DNA of 64,000 bases, from NCBI GenBank assembly GCA_965153285.1, contig OZ229120.1, one strand, 5' to 3'. This document shows, one piece after another, positions 24,600 to 36,082 of this stretch. The translations under genes and the position numbers were made by a program. Position 1 is the first letter of the stretch, and each line of letters starts with the position of its first letter. The stretch is from Podarcis tiliguerta (lineage: Eukaryota). The notes under the pieces are model-generated. The model was given only the letters and a program-made list of their open reading frames with translations. It made no database searches and was not told where the DNA came from.

Positions 24600-26099
24600 T
24601 AAACCTTTTTAATGTACCTCAAAAGTAACTGATCATTTACTATGCAAACATATTTTCCCCTCATATCCCTGATAAAGCTGCTCTTCCTTTCTCTCTCTCT
24701 TTGTGTGTTAATGTACCTTTTAACGATGAGTCCTTTTTTTTTATTCTTCCTCCTGGCAATACTGCCTTTTCCTTTATAAAGAGGTAGAAACAAAGATGAG
24801 ATGGGAGCTGACTGAGCGACTACATAGGTTTCTAATGTCATACCAATTACAAGTCCTTTCCCCCCTCTTCTGTAAAGACTTAGCTGCTAAAGAAAGCACA
24901 TTCTCGCTTTGTGTTTACTTGACATACAGATAAATGTCAGCAGAGAGGAAGAAATAATATTTGGGGGAAAAAATCATTTGCCCAACTCAGTCGGAATAAG
25001 ATTGCACAACCTTCATTCAACAATAGATACTTTTTAAAGATTTAGGGCCCACGTAGCAGAATGTTTAAACTCCCAGTACTATACTAACAATATATGAAGA
25101 GGAGAAAAGCATGACAGTTCCACCCCCAACCTCTGTTACCGCAAAGAACCAAAAGGAGGGGAAACCCCCCCACCACACAATATAATTCTAAATTAGGATG
25201 ATTGTAATTTGCAGGTCCTGAAACCTGCTGAGGACCCTTGTAGTTATTCATCAATGTAAAGACATAGGAGATAGATGAATTGTAACAGATAACATGCTTC
25301 ACTTAAGTTGGGGCACTGTGGTGCTCCGGAACAATCACAGGTGTAAGCAGGTCACAAGCTGGGCAAAAAATCAGATTAGTAGGTTCCTCCTGTGAGGATG
25401 CTATAGCACAACTGTGTATGATTTTTTCCTCCTGTTGTCTGCCTTGCCAGCTAACATTAGCAACAAATGAAAAAGGAGGGACAAAGGCATGGATGGCGGA
25501 GGAAAATGTGGTCCACCAAAGTCACGGACTTCCTAGATGGCGGCCACGGCTCCCCACCCAAGCAAGATATGATTGCCTCAGGCTGTGGGATACTGGGGAC
25601 AGCATGTATTGATTCTTCATATCTGGGGAGACAGTTCTGTCGGGTGACGACTCGGATAACACCGGGTATTGATTAAGTCATGAAACAAATTACAGCAGGG
25701 TCTCCTTTAGAAGGGACTTTTGCCATACTTCCGATCCAGTCTGAGAGGAGAAATTTTCAGAGTGGCTAATGTCTCCTGGCCTGAAAAACAGCACATACAA
25801 AAATTAATTGCGGACAAACTCTGCGGCTTAAATGACAGCAGCTAACCAAAGTGTGGCCACCATTTTATCCAGCAAAAGTCAAGTTTATTTGGAGATAGAG
25901 GCAGATAACGCAAAATACCCTTATTCTCCGTATTAACTGATTCATTCGAACCAGAATTAGGAAGTACAGAATCAGGAGGGAAAGAATCCCTTGTCCACTG
26001 CAGTGGTTTGTGTGTTACCCAAAGATCTCTTCAGGTTCAGCTATGGTAGGCGAAAACAAGTACAAATATCTTGGCCTTGGTTGTTAGGGTCTGATTATG

Positions 26100-26330
26100 A
26101 GCGCAGTCGTCGAGAATTCATGGATTATTCATGTGTAATTACAGATAGCTATTGTGCTCTTTTAAATCATCCCTATGGCCCATTATGGCCCATAACAACT
26201 GAAATAGCAATTGTCATCGTAAGGTTTGGGCTCTGTCATACAGTGCGGGCTCTAATCAATAATGATGAATGGCAAAATTTGCCATCAAGCAAGTAGAACG
26301 TCTAGTTGCCCTCTGCCCATAAATCTGCAC
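26100..26330. promoter_or_regulatory. Candidate PBX-HOX/MEIS enhancer module
   Basis: TGATGAATGG (26263-26272) matches TGATNNATKR; CTGTCA at 26233-26238 and TTGTCA at 26211-26216; several TAAT cores; TE-free context. Confidence 0.5.
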
Positions 26331-26431
26331 CAATACCGAGCCACGCAGCTGCAGGGTCAGGATATTTAGAAAGCAATTCTCTTTCCCCACCCCCCCACCA
26401 TCACCCCTCTGCTTGTGGACCTCTATAAAAG
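26330..26431 (+). promoter_or_regulatory. Promoter-like CCAAT / CACCC / TATA arrangement
   Basis: CCAAT 26330-26334, CCCCACCC 26385-26392, TATAAAAG 26424-26431 in canonical order and spacing. Confidence 0.3.
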
Positions 26432-26553
26432 TGGGGGGGGGGGGGGGACAGAGAGAGGAGAAGGAGGCAAAAGGTGCAATACGTCAATTCTAATAATCCG
26501 CATGCTTCTGGGGGCATTATTTATTTATTTATTCAAAGGGGGGGGGGCTGCTT

Positions 26554-26615
26554 TCAAGGTCAATTTCAGGTGAAAGGGGGTCATCCCGAGGTCACCGCGG
26601 CTCCCAAGCAGGTCA
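26554..26615 (+). promoter_or_regulatory. Compound nuclear-receptor element with two DR5 RAREs
   Basis: AGGTCA-n5-AGGTGA-n4-GGGTCA-n5-AGGTCA-n15-AGGTCA; the first half-site is extended to TCAAGGTCA. Confidence 0.65.
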
Positions 26616-26682
26616 ATAATGCCTCTTCACTTCCACCGGAGACAAGCTGCTCCCACCCAAATCAATCCACAAAGGCTGGCTG

Positions 26683-26990
26683 NNNNNNNNNNNNNNNNNN
26701 NNNNNNNNNNNNNNNNNNNNNNNNNNNNNNNNNNNNNNNNNNNNNNNNNNNNNNNNNNNNNNNNNNNNNNNNNNNNNNNNNNNNNNNNNNNNNNNNNNNN
26801 NNNNNNNNNNNNNNNNNNNNNNNNNNNNNNNNNNNNNNNNNNNNNNNNNNNNNNNNNNNNNNNNNNNNNNNNNNNNNNNNNNNNNNNNNNNNNNNNNNNN
26901 NNNNNNNNNNNNNNNNNNNNNNNNNNNNNNNNNNNNNNNNNNNNNNNNNNNNNNNNNNNNNNNNNNNNNNNNNNNNNNNNNNNNNNNNNN
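26683..26990. other. Assembly gap
   Basis: N run. Confidence 1.
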
Positions 26991-27541
26991 AATTGTTGAG
27001 TTGTACAGAGAAGGAGGGAGGGGGGGGGGGAAGGGAGGATTGATCTTTTATACATTTTTTTCTCCCTCTCTTACACTTCAGACACTTCTAAATCTTTATC
27101 TGTTGTATACTAAATACCCCAATCGTGTACGGAGCTGTCTGCTTGCAGTACATCATAATTATTAGGGGTATAATTCTTGAAAGGAGAACAGGCCAGTTTG
27201 TCTGAAAACCCCAAAGGGTTGGGGTCGGTCTAGTGAAGGCTTTAGTTCTTTTCTCCCTTGTGTTAATTAGCCTCATTCTCACTGTGGGTATTTTTTTGCC
27301 TCATTACAGGAATTAGGCTGGGTCTCAACCTGCTTGCAGTTGCAGTCATGAAGAAAAATTTTGCTGAGAAAAAGAGAAAGAATTGTTAAAACGTGCTCGA
27401 TATGCTAAATCACATCTCTTCTGCTGGGTGAAATGTATGTGATCAAGGCAGACCTTTATAACTATCCTCAGATCAGTTCTAACTGACTCTCTCTAATCTA
27501 ATATTTTTACTAAGAAATGCTTAATCCTGTATTTTTCCCAG

Positions 27542-27661
27542 GATTAAAGATTGTTAATTTAGCCAAAGGGATCACAATTAAGACCAACAATGAAATATCA
27601 GTGTTAGAAAGGGAAAAGAAAACATGCTAGGGTTTCACTGGTATAAAAATATACCAATTTG
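27542..27661 (+). other. Candidate non-coding exon
   Basis: Branch-like CTTAAT, acceptor TATTTTTCCCAG, donor TTG|GTGAGA; stops in all three frames. Confidence 0.2.
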
Positions 27662-27946
27662 GTGAGAATTAACCACTGCATGAAATTCCCTTTATTAAAA
27701 TTAAGTATACATAGATGGGACTGCTTTTGCTGAACTACATAGTATTTTATTTAAAGATAGCTAACTGGAAGGGGGGGATACCAGGCAGGCAGTGAAATCA
27801 CAGGGAAAAAAAGTTTTATTTACATGCATGGTACAATGATAATTTGACTCAACAAAATTACCATTATCTCTTTACATCTTTAAAAAATGCATTCGGAGAT
27901 TTCTTGAGGAAAATATATCTTTCCCACCCTCTGTATGCTTTCCCTC

Positions 27947-28286
27947 NNNNNNNNNNNNNNNNNNNNNNNNNNNNNNNNNNNNNNNNNNNNNNNNNNNNNN
28001 NNNNNNNNNNNNNNNNNNNNNNNNNNNNNNNNNNNNNNNNNNNNNNNNNNNNNNNNNNNNNNNNNNNNNNNNNNNNNNNNNNNNNNNNNNNNNNNNNNNN
28101 NNNNNNNNNNNNNNNNNNNNNNNNNNNNNNNNNNNNNNNNNNNNNNNNNNNNNNNNNNNNNNNNNNNNNNNNNNNNNNNNNNNNNNNNNNNNNNNNNNNN
28201 NNNNNNNNNNNNNNNNNNNNNNNNNNNNNNNNNNNNNNNNNNNNNNNNNNNNNNNNNNNNNNNNNNNNNNNNNNNNNNNNNNNNNN
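27947..28286. other. Assembly gap
   Basis: N run flanked by CT-rich sequence. Confidence 1.
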
Positions 28287-29469
28287 CCTCTTCCTTCCTG
28301 CTTCATTCCTTGCCTTCTCTCTCTGTGTGTGTGTCTATTGAACAACACTTCAGTTAAGCTATGGGGGGAATGGCGAATACTGAAAGAATATTGATTTGTT
28401 TTCTAACAAAATAGTTACCGGAAAGCATCTATTTGTAAAAGCTAGATTGTTGTTTCAGGAATATTACATGCTTAGTAGTCTACATATGAAAAGATTATGA
28501 ATAAGGCGCCAAGCGCACAGCCTATGTCTTATTTATACTTAACTAGTGCACAGACATGAAAATCAATGGGTGATTTAGCATTTACTTCAATGGGATTTGG
28601 ATTGGCACCCCCCGTCATAAAATAAAAGAAGATTGCATGATGTCTACAATCCCAGGTTTTCTTGTTGCCTTTAGAAAATGATGCATGGGGCGCCTTTACA
28701 AATATATTCCCACAACTCATACTTAGGGCAGTCTATTTATGATATTGCAGAATTCTCTTCTCCCATTGAAAATAGATACCAAGATAATCCTATCCATTTT
28801 TAAGTAAAAGATTGATCCCATTTTACTGCTAGATGGTAGCCTTCTATCTGATTTCGAATTTACAGGCTGCCTACTTTTTGTGTGTGTGATAATAAATTCC
28901 CAATTTTTGCAACATAAATATGTTACTAAGATGTCAGCTATTTCTAATAATAAGTGACAATTGGCAAGTTACTTTCAGTTACAATTTTTAGCTGCAAAAT
29001 CATAAAAGTATAGTTTCTGAGCAACTGAGACACTGTATTTTTCTTTTCTTTTTTTAAATGCCAGTAACTTTCCGTACACAAGAGGATTAACATAAGGGTA
29101 GATGAGACATTTACACATTTCAAGTTCAACTGAAAACACACTCTGTCTTTATTCTTATGAGATTTTCTTTTTCCTAATGAGAGTTTTCTCTTTGTGCGTT
29201 TTCACATAATAGCATGCTGGATTAGTGTGCAATCACAAAGTCCCTTGATTAATTTCTATTAAAGGGGGAGAGAAAGGAAGTATCAAGACATTTGATTAAT
29301 GTCACATATCCCACTTTCAGCTGATCAAGAGTACCGACTAAGTGCATAGAGACCAGAGTGTATGTATAGTATTGGGGCATTCCGCAGAACATTAACCTAT
29401 GCACCTCTGATGGCCACAGCTGATCTGGGTAATTTCTCAATCAGACTGAGAGCAATACAGTCTTGGTCA

Positions 29470-29764
29470 TACTAGCTTCAGACTCGAAAGCTGAAGACAT
29501 TTTGCTGCCTGAGGCAAAGAACAAGATGGCTCCCCTCCCTGATTCCATGTCTAGAAGGTGACTGGAGAGGCAGTTAGATCTTACTTCAACACTGCTGGTG
29601 ATGAGGTCACATCCTCCGCTGCATCTGAGAAGACTAGCTGAAGGGGTGCATGGCAGACCATGTGGTACACAGAGCTCTATTCTCCAGCCCCTTGCTGCCA
29701 CCCACTGCCCCAAGCATCGGCCATCGAGGCTACTTCACTCTGTCCAACAATAGGACTGGCTCTG
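29470..29764. mobile_element. Degenerate hAT-like non-autonomous element
   Basis: CATTTTGCTGCCTGAGGC...AAGATGG start motif and GGCTCTG end; a similar remnant lies at about 33845-34103. Confidence 0.35.
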
Positions 29765-29936
29765 AGCTATGTCTTTTAGGAGCCACTTGTAAGAGATGAT
29801 GGGGAAAGCTGTGTCTCCCACACCAAGAATAAAAAGCATTAGGAGACCATTAGATCGCTGCTCTTTTAAAAGACAGTCTAAATATATTATCTTGGAAGTT
29901 GGTCCTGCTGAGCTTAACAGGGTTTATGTTATAGTA

Positions 29937-30067
29937 AGCTTAGCCAACACGGTGCCCTCCAATTGTTGTTGGACTATAACTTTCATTATCCTGACCATTG
30001 GCCATGCTAATTGAGGCCGAGGGGAGTTGTTAGTCCAACAACTTTTGAAGCACACTATAATGGCTAT
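29937..30067. mobile_element. Degenerate hairpin MITE (family of 41443 and 43006)
   Basis: GTTGTTGGACTA..AACT / AGTTG.TAGTCCAACAAC inverted arms. Confidence 0.6.
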
Positions 30068-30800
30068 TTTGGCTGTATCGTGAGTAAGCTCAGGATTGCA
30101 GCAGCTTCATTCAAACTGCAACATTTCGTCAGCCTAAGCACTGCTGACTGTTTATGAGGAAATGAATTGAATTGCTCTCTTTTGAATAGGCGGAGCTTTC
30201 AGAAAAATACAGCCTAAGTTATTGGAGAAAAGCTACTTATTTTTCTGTTACTGTCTATGGGAAAACCACATTACAGCACAACGCCTGCCAGAAATCATGT
30301 TAAGTACTGTGTGGGCACATCTTCATTGAGAAAATGTGAGCAGAAAATGCTCATCCTGTGGTTTTGCTGGCAAGGAAAAAAGTACAAAATAAATATGCAA
30401 GTGTAGAATTTATGCTAAATGGAAGCAGTTAATTGTGTGCTAAGAAATAAATCAAGTTAACCCACTTGACTGGGAACTTCTCTTCTTAGTGTAAGAACCC
30501 TCATAAACCATAGCCCAATTATTCAATTTCCCTTACTAATTATGGAAACTACTCATTTCTTGGCCTGAAGCGGTAGATGATGTATCTCTGAAGGGCAACA
30601 CAAGATTTGTCATAATCTATGGCTCACTTTATTTAATGAGCATCTGAAAAATAAACACGAATGCTTCTGCAATTCCCAGGTTCCAGGTAGCATTTGAGTT
30701 TACTATAGATGGATGCTATGTGAGACTATTTGCTTGCCTAATGTGAGCATTCTTCCATTTTTTTAAATTATCATTTATGCTCAGCCCTAAATGTAACAAA

Positions 30801-30883
30801 GGCTAATATCCTATGCATGCTTACTAGAGGCCCATTCATCCCATTGGGATTTACTTCTGAGTAAATCTGCATAGGATCAGGCT
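30801..30883. repeat. Short palindromic squamate repeat
   Basis: ATCCTATGCA...TGGGATTTACTTCTGAGTA...TGCATAGGAT. Confidence 0.6.
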
Positions 30884-31161
30884 GCAAAAGTTAAATACTT
30901 CTCTAGGGCTAGCAGAGCTAAACCGTATCTGGTACTTTCCTGTCAGGATCACTTATTAGGGCTGTTTTTAGATGTTTATAGCTTGAGCTACTCGTCACTA
31001 TCCAAGCTGAGCAGAATCTTCCAGTTCTGTGTGGCAATTAATCAGGGGCTTGAGCCCAGTGTTGAAACCTAGCAGTTCTGGAAAAGTAAGTTTGAGGATG
31101 GTTCATGCTGACTTTGGAGTATAAAGGGTAAGAAATGTCTTATTCCGAATGAGCTAACGAG

Positions 31162-31310
31162 TTATTAATTTATTACATTTCTATTCCAACTTTCCTCCAA
31201 GAAGCTCAAGGTATTCATGGTTTCTGCCTGTCCTTATCTTATTCTCTCAACAACTCTGTGAAGTAGGTTAGGCTATGAGACAGCGACTGGTACAAAAACC
31301 TGTTGTGAGT
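31162..31310 (-). mobile_element. Old MIR/Squam3-like SINE 3' portion
   Basis: TTTATT tail and CAACAACTCTGTGAAGTAGGT CORE-like motif. Confidence 0.5.
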
Positions 31311-32156
31311 GAAAGTCAAGTTCAAGAGAATGAGATGAATGGACTGTTTGAAAGAGTTGTTGACATAGCTTTCTATAATCATGTTCAATTAAGCCTTGAT
31401 CTGGGTACCTCCTGCACATGGGGTGGCTTTGCCCAGTGGTGCAGGGCCTGGATAGTGATGGGGAAGGTGGAGTTATGCCATACCTGAAAGGCTCTTGCAG
31501 GGTTTCATGGAGTGCCTATCTCCCACAAGACCCCTCAAGGCCCATGAAAGTCCCAAGACCTTAAAAGGCCTTGGCCATGAGGTCTATCAGTGGTACAGTG
31601 ATGGCCCTAAGTCCTAGATTTGTCAGTTCACTAGAAGAGACATATGGGGGCTAGACAACTGAAGTTATGCTACCAAAGCTACTATTCCACAGCTGGAAAC
31701 CAGTATCATCCACAAAGAATAACAGACATGGGATTTTTATAGAAAGACAGAGATGGAAGGGCGATGTTTTCTATCTTGTGTGTTCAGATGAGATAGCCCA
31801 CACATGAAGCAACTGCACAGTCTCTGAGGCCACAGTGGTAAGCACACTCATGCATTTCAGTTGAAAAAGAAAAGAAAAAAGACGTAAAAAGAGGATAGGG
31901 CAGAGAGCAAGAAATTATGAGGTGCACTTTTACATTGCTGCAAGAGCAAGGCAGTTCACAGAACTGGGCATAAGGATCCTTTCATACTAGAGTGAAGACT
32001 TAAACTCTGCTGTAAATCAACAGTATAATATATTGTACTATTGCCTTCCCCTGCCCCATTGAGTAAGTTTGTTATTTTAAGAGTTTTTTCAGCTAAAGGA
32101 TAGAAACAGTGTGAATAGTGAGAGAAACGGGGTCAGACAGGGCTTGTTCCATGATA

Positions 32157-32409
32157 CAGTCATACCTCGGGTTACAAACACTGCGGGTTGCGCTTTTTCG
32201 GGTTGCAGACAGCGCTGAACCCAGAGGTACTAGAACAGGTTACTTCTCGGTTTCAGCACTTGCACAAAATGACATCACACGCATGTGCAGAAGCGCTGAA
32301 TCACATCATGTGCGTGCGCATGCGCAGATGTGGCGCTTCAGGCTGTGAACACTGCGGTTTGCGAACATGCCTCCTGTACAGATCGCATTCGCAACCAGAG
32401 GTATGACTG
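32157..32409. mobile_element. Tigger-like MITE family C
   Basis: TIRs CAGTCATACCTC / GAGGTATGACTG with TA TSD. Confidence 0.88.
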
Positions 32410-32581
32410 TACCATTGTTGGGCCAACCTCTTGCTCTATCCAGGGCTCTTTTCTGAAGAATTTACTGTGATAACATTTCAGCTTAACATTTTCTACATCT
32501 GTGTTTCTACAGGAGTCATTCCAAAATCCCATCCATTGCATCCAGCATGAAAAGGGACTCCTTTAGATGTTCCATGTCAAC

Positions 32582-32871
32582 CAGCGGCATAGCATGGGTT
32601 GCCAGTGCTTGGGGCGGGGCAAGTATTGTGCCCCCGGTGAACTGGGCAGCTGGGGTGAGGGTGCGTGCCAGGGGCACGTGCAGAGGGTGAACAGAGCCCA
32701 CTTCCAACAGGCTCCTCGCCAGATGCCTTCACCTGCCCATTTTACTAACCCCCCTGCTACCATACCTCAGCTGCCAGGGCTCCATGCCGGTTGTGGGGGT
32801 GCCTGATTGTGCCCCCTAAAAAATGTGTGCCATGGGCCATGGCCCTCCTGTTCCCCCACACTACACCTCTG
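32582..32871. mobile_element. hAT-like non-autonomous element
   Basis: Termini CAGCGGCATAG / CTACACCTCTG; imperfect 8-bp TSD ATGTCAAC / GTGTCAAT; GC-rich body. Confidence 0.6.
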
Positions 32872-32984
32872 GTGTCAATACAATACATTTGATCACATAC
32901 ACCCTCCAGCTCGTCTCCAACTTTGCTTAAAACTTTGCACTCTTTTATAATCACTGGCCATAATTACTGTATGAAATAAAACTA

Positions 32985-33138
32985 CCGTATTTTTCCGCCC
33001 CCATGTATAAGACACCCCCTATTTGGGGGGACTCCAATTTAAGAAAATGGGGGGGAGATGTATCCGTGTATGACACCCCCAAATTTTTGACATTATTTTT
33101 AAGGGAAAAAACCTAATCTTATACAGGGAAAAATAAGA
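32985..33138. mobile_element. Tc1/mariner MITE related to family B
   Basis: TA-CCGTATTTTTCC...TCTTATACAGGGAAAAATAAGA-TA. Confidence 0.75.
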
Positions 33139-34801
33139 TAATTCCTCAGATTTTTAACTGGCTGTAAGACATGTTGTTTCCTTTTGTTTCCTTTTACAGA
33201 AGTTCTGCTGCTGTATTAACAAACAAAAACACTAAACAGAGTAGATCTATTCCGTTTACTGAAGGTGTGTTGTTTTTTAACCTGTGTATTCCACAAAAAT
33301 CTCCCCACAACATTCAGCTTTGCAAGAAACTAGGAGGATTTTTTTAGCATTTGTGTTCAGCCATCAAACCCTTCTTCTGCACCTGTTAGCCAAGGCTTTG
33401 AATGTTTTAATTACTTTTATCCTGAATGAAACTTCATCTATCAAGGCATTCACCCACCCCGGCATGAGACTGGCTGCAGGAGCATTCACTTAAACAAATA
33501 AATACGACAACCAAGTACAACATCACTCTACATCTTCAGGGAAATTCCTCTCATTGTTATTAGCCTGTCTCTAGCCTTTTTGCTTGGGGGCGGAGGGGGG
33601 GGGTTGAAGAGGAGAGATTGACAGTATGTTTGCTACCTCCAGGAGCACATTCTACCTAATTACTTCTCTGTCTGACAGATTTCAGTCTCATTAATTCTCA
33701 GTCACCTCAAAAAGTATAGACAAAAGCAATCCCACAAGCAACAGATGACTGGGCAAAGCAGAGTTATATCTCCAGTTCTCAGGTGATGCTTTCATATGAT
33801 GGCATTGTTGAGGAAACAGAATGAAACAGTAGAAGGTTTCCAAGCAAGGCTGGCTCAAGTCAGAATAAGAAATGGTGCCCTTCTCCCCAAGTCATAGTAC
33901 AAAGTACCAAAGGTTGGCCTGTCAAGCAGCTCTATGGCACCTGAGACAGAAAATCCCACAAGTACCTGTCCCTGGGAGTAAAAATGCAACAACAACAACA
34001 AAAATAATCAATAAATTAAATAACTGACCACGTGTTATCTTTTTGTGACACCCAAAATCAGAAAGCAGGCATCTCCCACTGACTAATGTTAAACCAGGCC
34101 CTGTGTTTTGGGGTTTCTTTGCAGCTACAATTGTGAAAAAAAACCTATTGTGTTGTTCCCTATTCAGTTGGTCCCTATTCAGGTGAACTGCGCTTTAAAT
34201 TCCACTGAAATAACGGAGCTTAGGGCTTCTTCACACTTACCCTTTGCCCTGCTCTTTCCAGGCAGAGGTCTGCATCTTAACAGTCTCTGTCTGAGCATGC
34301 TTTCCTGCCCCTTGAGCTTTCCCCATGAAAACCTGCTCTTTAAAGCTGAATCGGAGCAAACATCGATTTGGGTTTTCTGTGGATTGAGTGTTGCTCTGAT
34401 TGAGCTTTAAAGTGAAGGGTTTCTCAGGGAAAGCTCTGGAGCAAACAAAACAGAAGGGGGGGGGGGACTCAGACACAGAGCTTTGAATCACAGGTCATGC
34501 CTGGAAAGAATGGAGGAAAGGTAAGTTTGGATAAGATCTTAGTTGCTATTAACTGCTGGGGTTGGCAAGGCAGAGCATCTTACCCAGCCTCCCATCATTG
34601 GTGTTGCTGTGTCATACCAGGAGTGAGAAGGGCAATGCAGCAGCAAGGTCAATGTGGTAGAAATGAACTGCCAGAGCCAATCTGGTACTCCTGCAAGAGT
34701 TTTTGCACCAAGTCAACCTCTCTACCAACTCACCTCTCCACCTCCCCCAGTCTGCTGCAGAGATAGCTGTGACTACCACCAACTACTAACTTGCCCCATT
34801 A

Positions 34802-35126
34802 GGTAAAGGGATCCCTGATCATTAGGTCCAGTCGTGACCGACTCTGGGGTTGCGGCGCTCATCTCGCTTTATTGGCAGGGGGAGCCGGCGTACAGCTTCC
34901 GGGTCATGTGGCCAGCATGACTAAGCCGCTTCTGGCGAACCAGAGCAGCGCACGGAAATGCCGTTTACCTTTCCGCCGGAGCGGTACCTATTTATCTACT
35001 TGCACTTTGACATGCTTTCGAACTGCTAGGTTGGCAGGAGCTGGGACCGAGCAACAGGAGCTCACCCCGTCAAGAGGATTCGAACTGCTGACCTGCTGAT
35101 CAGCAAGCCCTAGGCACCCGCTTCCC
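34802..35126 (-). mobile_element. Sauria SINE, subfamily 1
   Basis: Same sequence family as 41019-41360; deletion in head; TSD CTAACTTGCC(C/A)CATTA (34786-34801, 35128-35143). Confidence 0.95.
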
Positions 35127-35164
35127 TCTAACTTGCCACATTAGTTAAAACTAAAAATGACAAA

Positions 35165-35930
35165 CTTTATTATTTATTTATTTAGGAACTTGCGATCACT
35201 TTTCAAAGCAAAAGAAGAAGAAGAAAATCACAAAAAGCCTTACAATATGAAACAAGCCATAAATACAGTTAAAAGGATTTTTTTAAAAAAAATAATTCAA
35301 TGTCAGAAGCATTACAGTAACACAATACAGTAAAAAAGATAAATTAAATTCATTTCCATTTAAAACAAACAACGATCTGCCAGTAAATTCCTGTCGGTGA
35401 AGAGGCTCATCCTTCTGGGAAGGCCTGCAGAAATAATAAAGTTTTTAGCATGCAATGAAAAGTATGGATCGTTTATGCCAGCCTCATTTTGAGGCCACAA
35501 TCAAGTGTATCCCACAAAACAGATGCTACTGCACCAAAGGCTCTAAGTCACAGTCTCAGAGCGATTGTCTGGCATATGGGGCAAAGTAAGAAGCATCCCC
35601 ACATATGACTGCAGGAATATAGAGAATAAGGCAGCCCCTCAGATAACTTGGTCCCAAGTTGTTTAGGGCTTAAACTTGGTCCCCTGGGCAATATACGGGG
35701 AGATGAGGCAATTCCCTCAGTGCTGCTGTTATACGCTGAGAAGCAACCACAAACTGCACTGCTGCGTTCTGCACTAGCTACAGCTAGGAACAGAGGAGAA
35801 ACTTGATTCGATTCACATTTAAAAACCAAACCACCTAATTTCCATGTTCTGAAACAATACACAAATTAAAATATAGCAGGCTGACATAGAACACATTGCA
35901 ATAAGCCAGTCTTGAGGTTAAGAATGCATG
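35165..35930 (-). mobile_element. Old L2 LINE 3' fragment
   Basis: TTTATT tail; reverse strand at about 35760-35783 encodes LVQNAA; contains a probable small insertion at about 35785-35880. Confidence 0.6.
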
Positions 35931-36082
35931 CCGAATTACCCATACCCATCTGAAACTGGTAAAAAGCACTCCCAGCTATCAAAGCCATGTGAGCCTCCAG
36001 TGATAATGGTGGGTGCTCCCAAACAACATTTCAACTTCTCTTCATGGGGAGTGCAATCCCATCCAGAACAGGTACCTGGCCT

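Noticed and set aside
25530-25546. CTCF-like CTAGATGGCG
   Set aside because: Lacks the 5' CCA of the core; fits YY1 better.
26474-28357. Long ORFs of 126-189 aa in the ORF track (also 39565-39886 and 52220-52594)
   Set aside because: They are open only because they cross N gaps.
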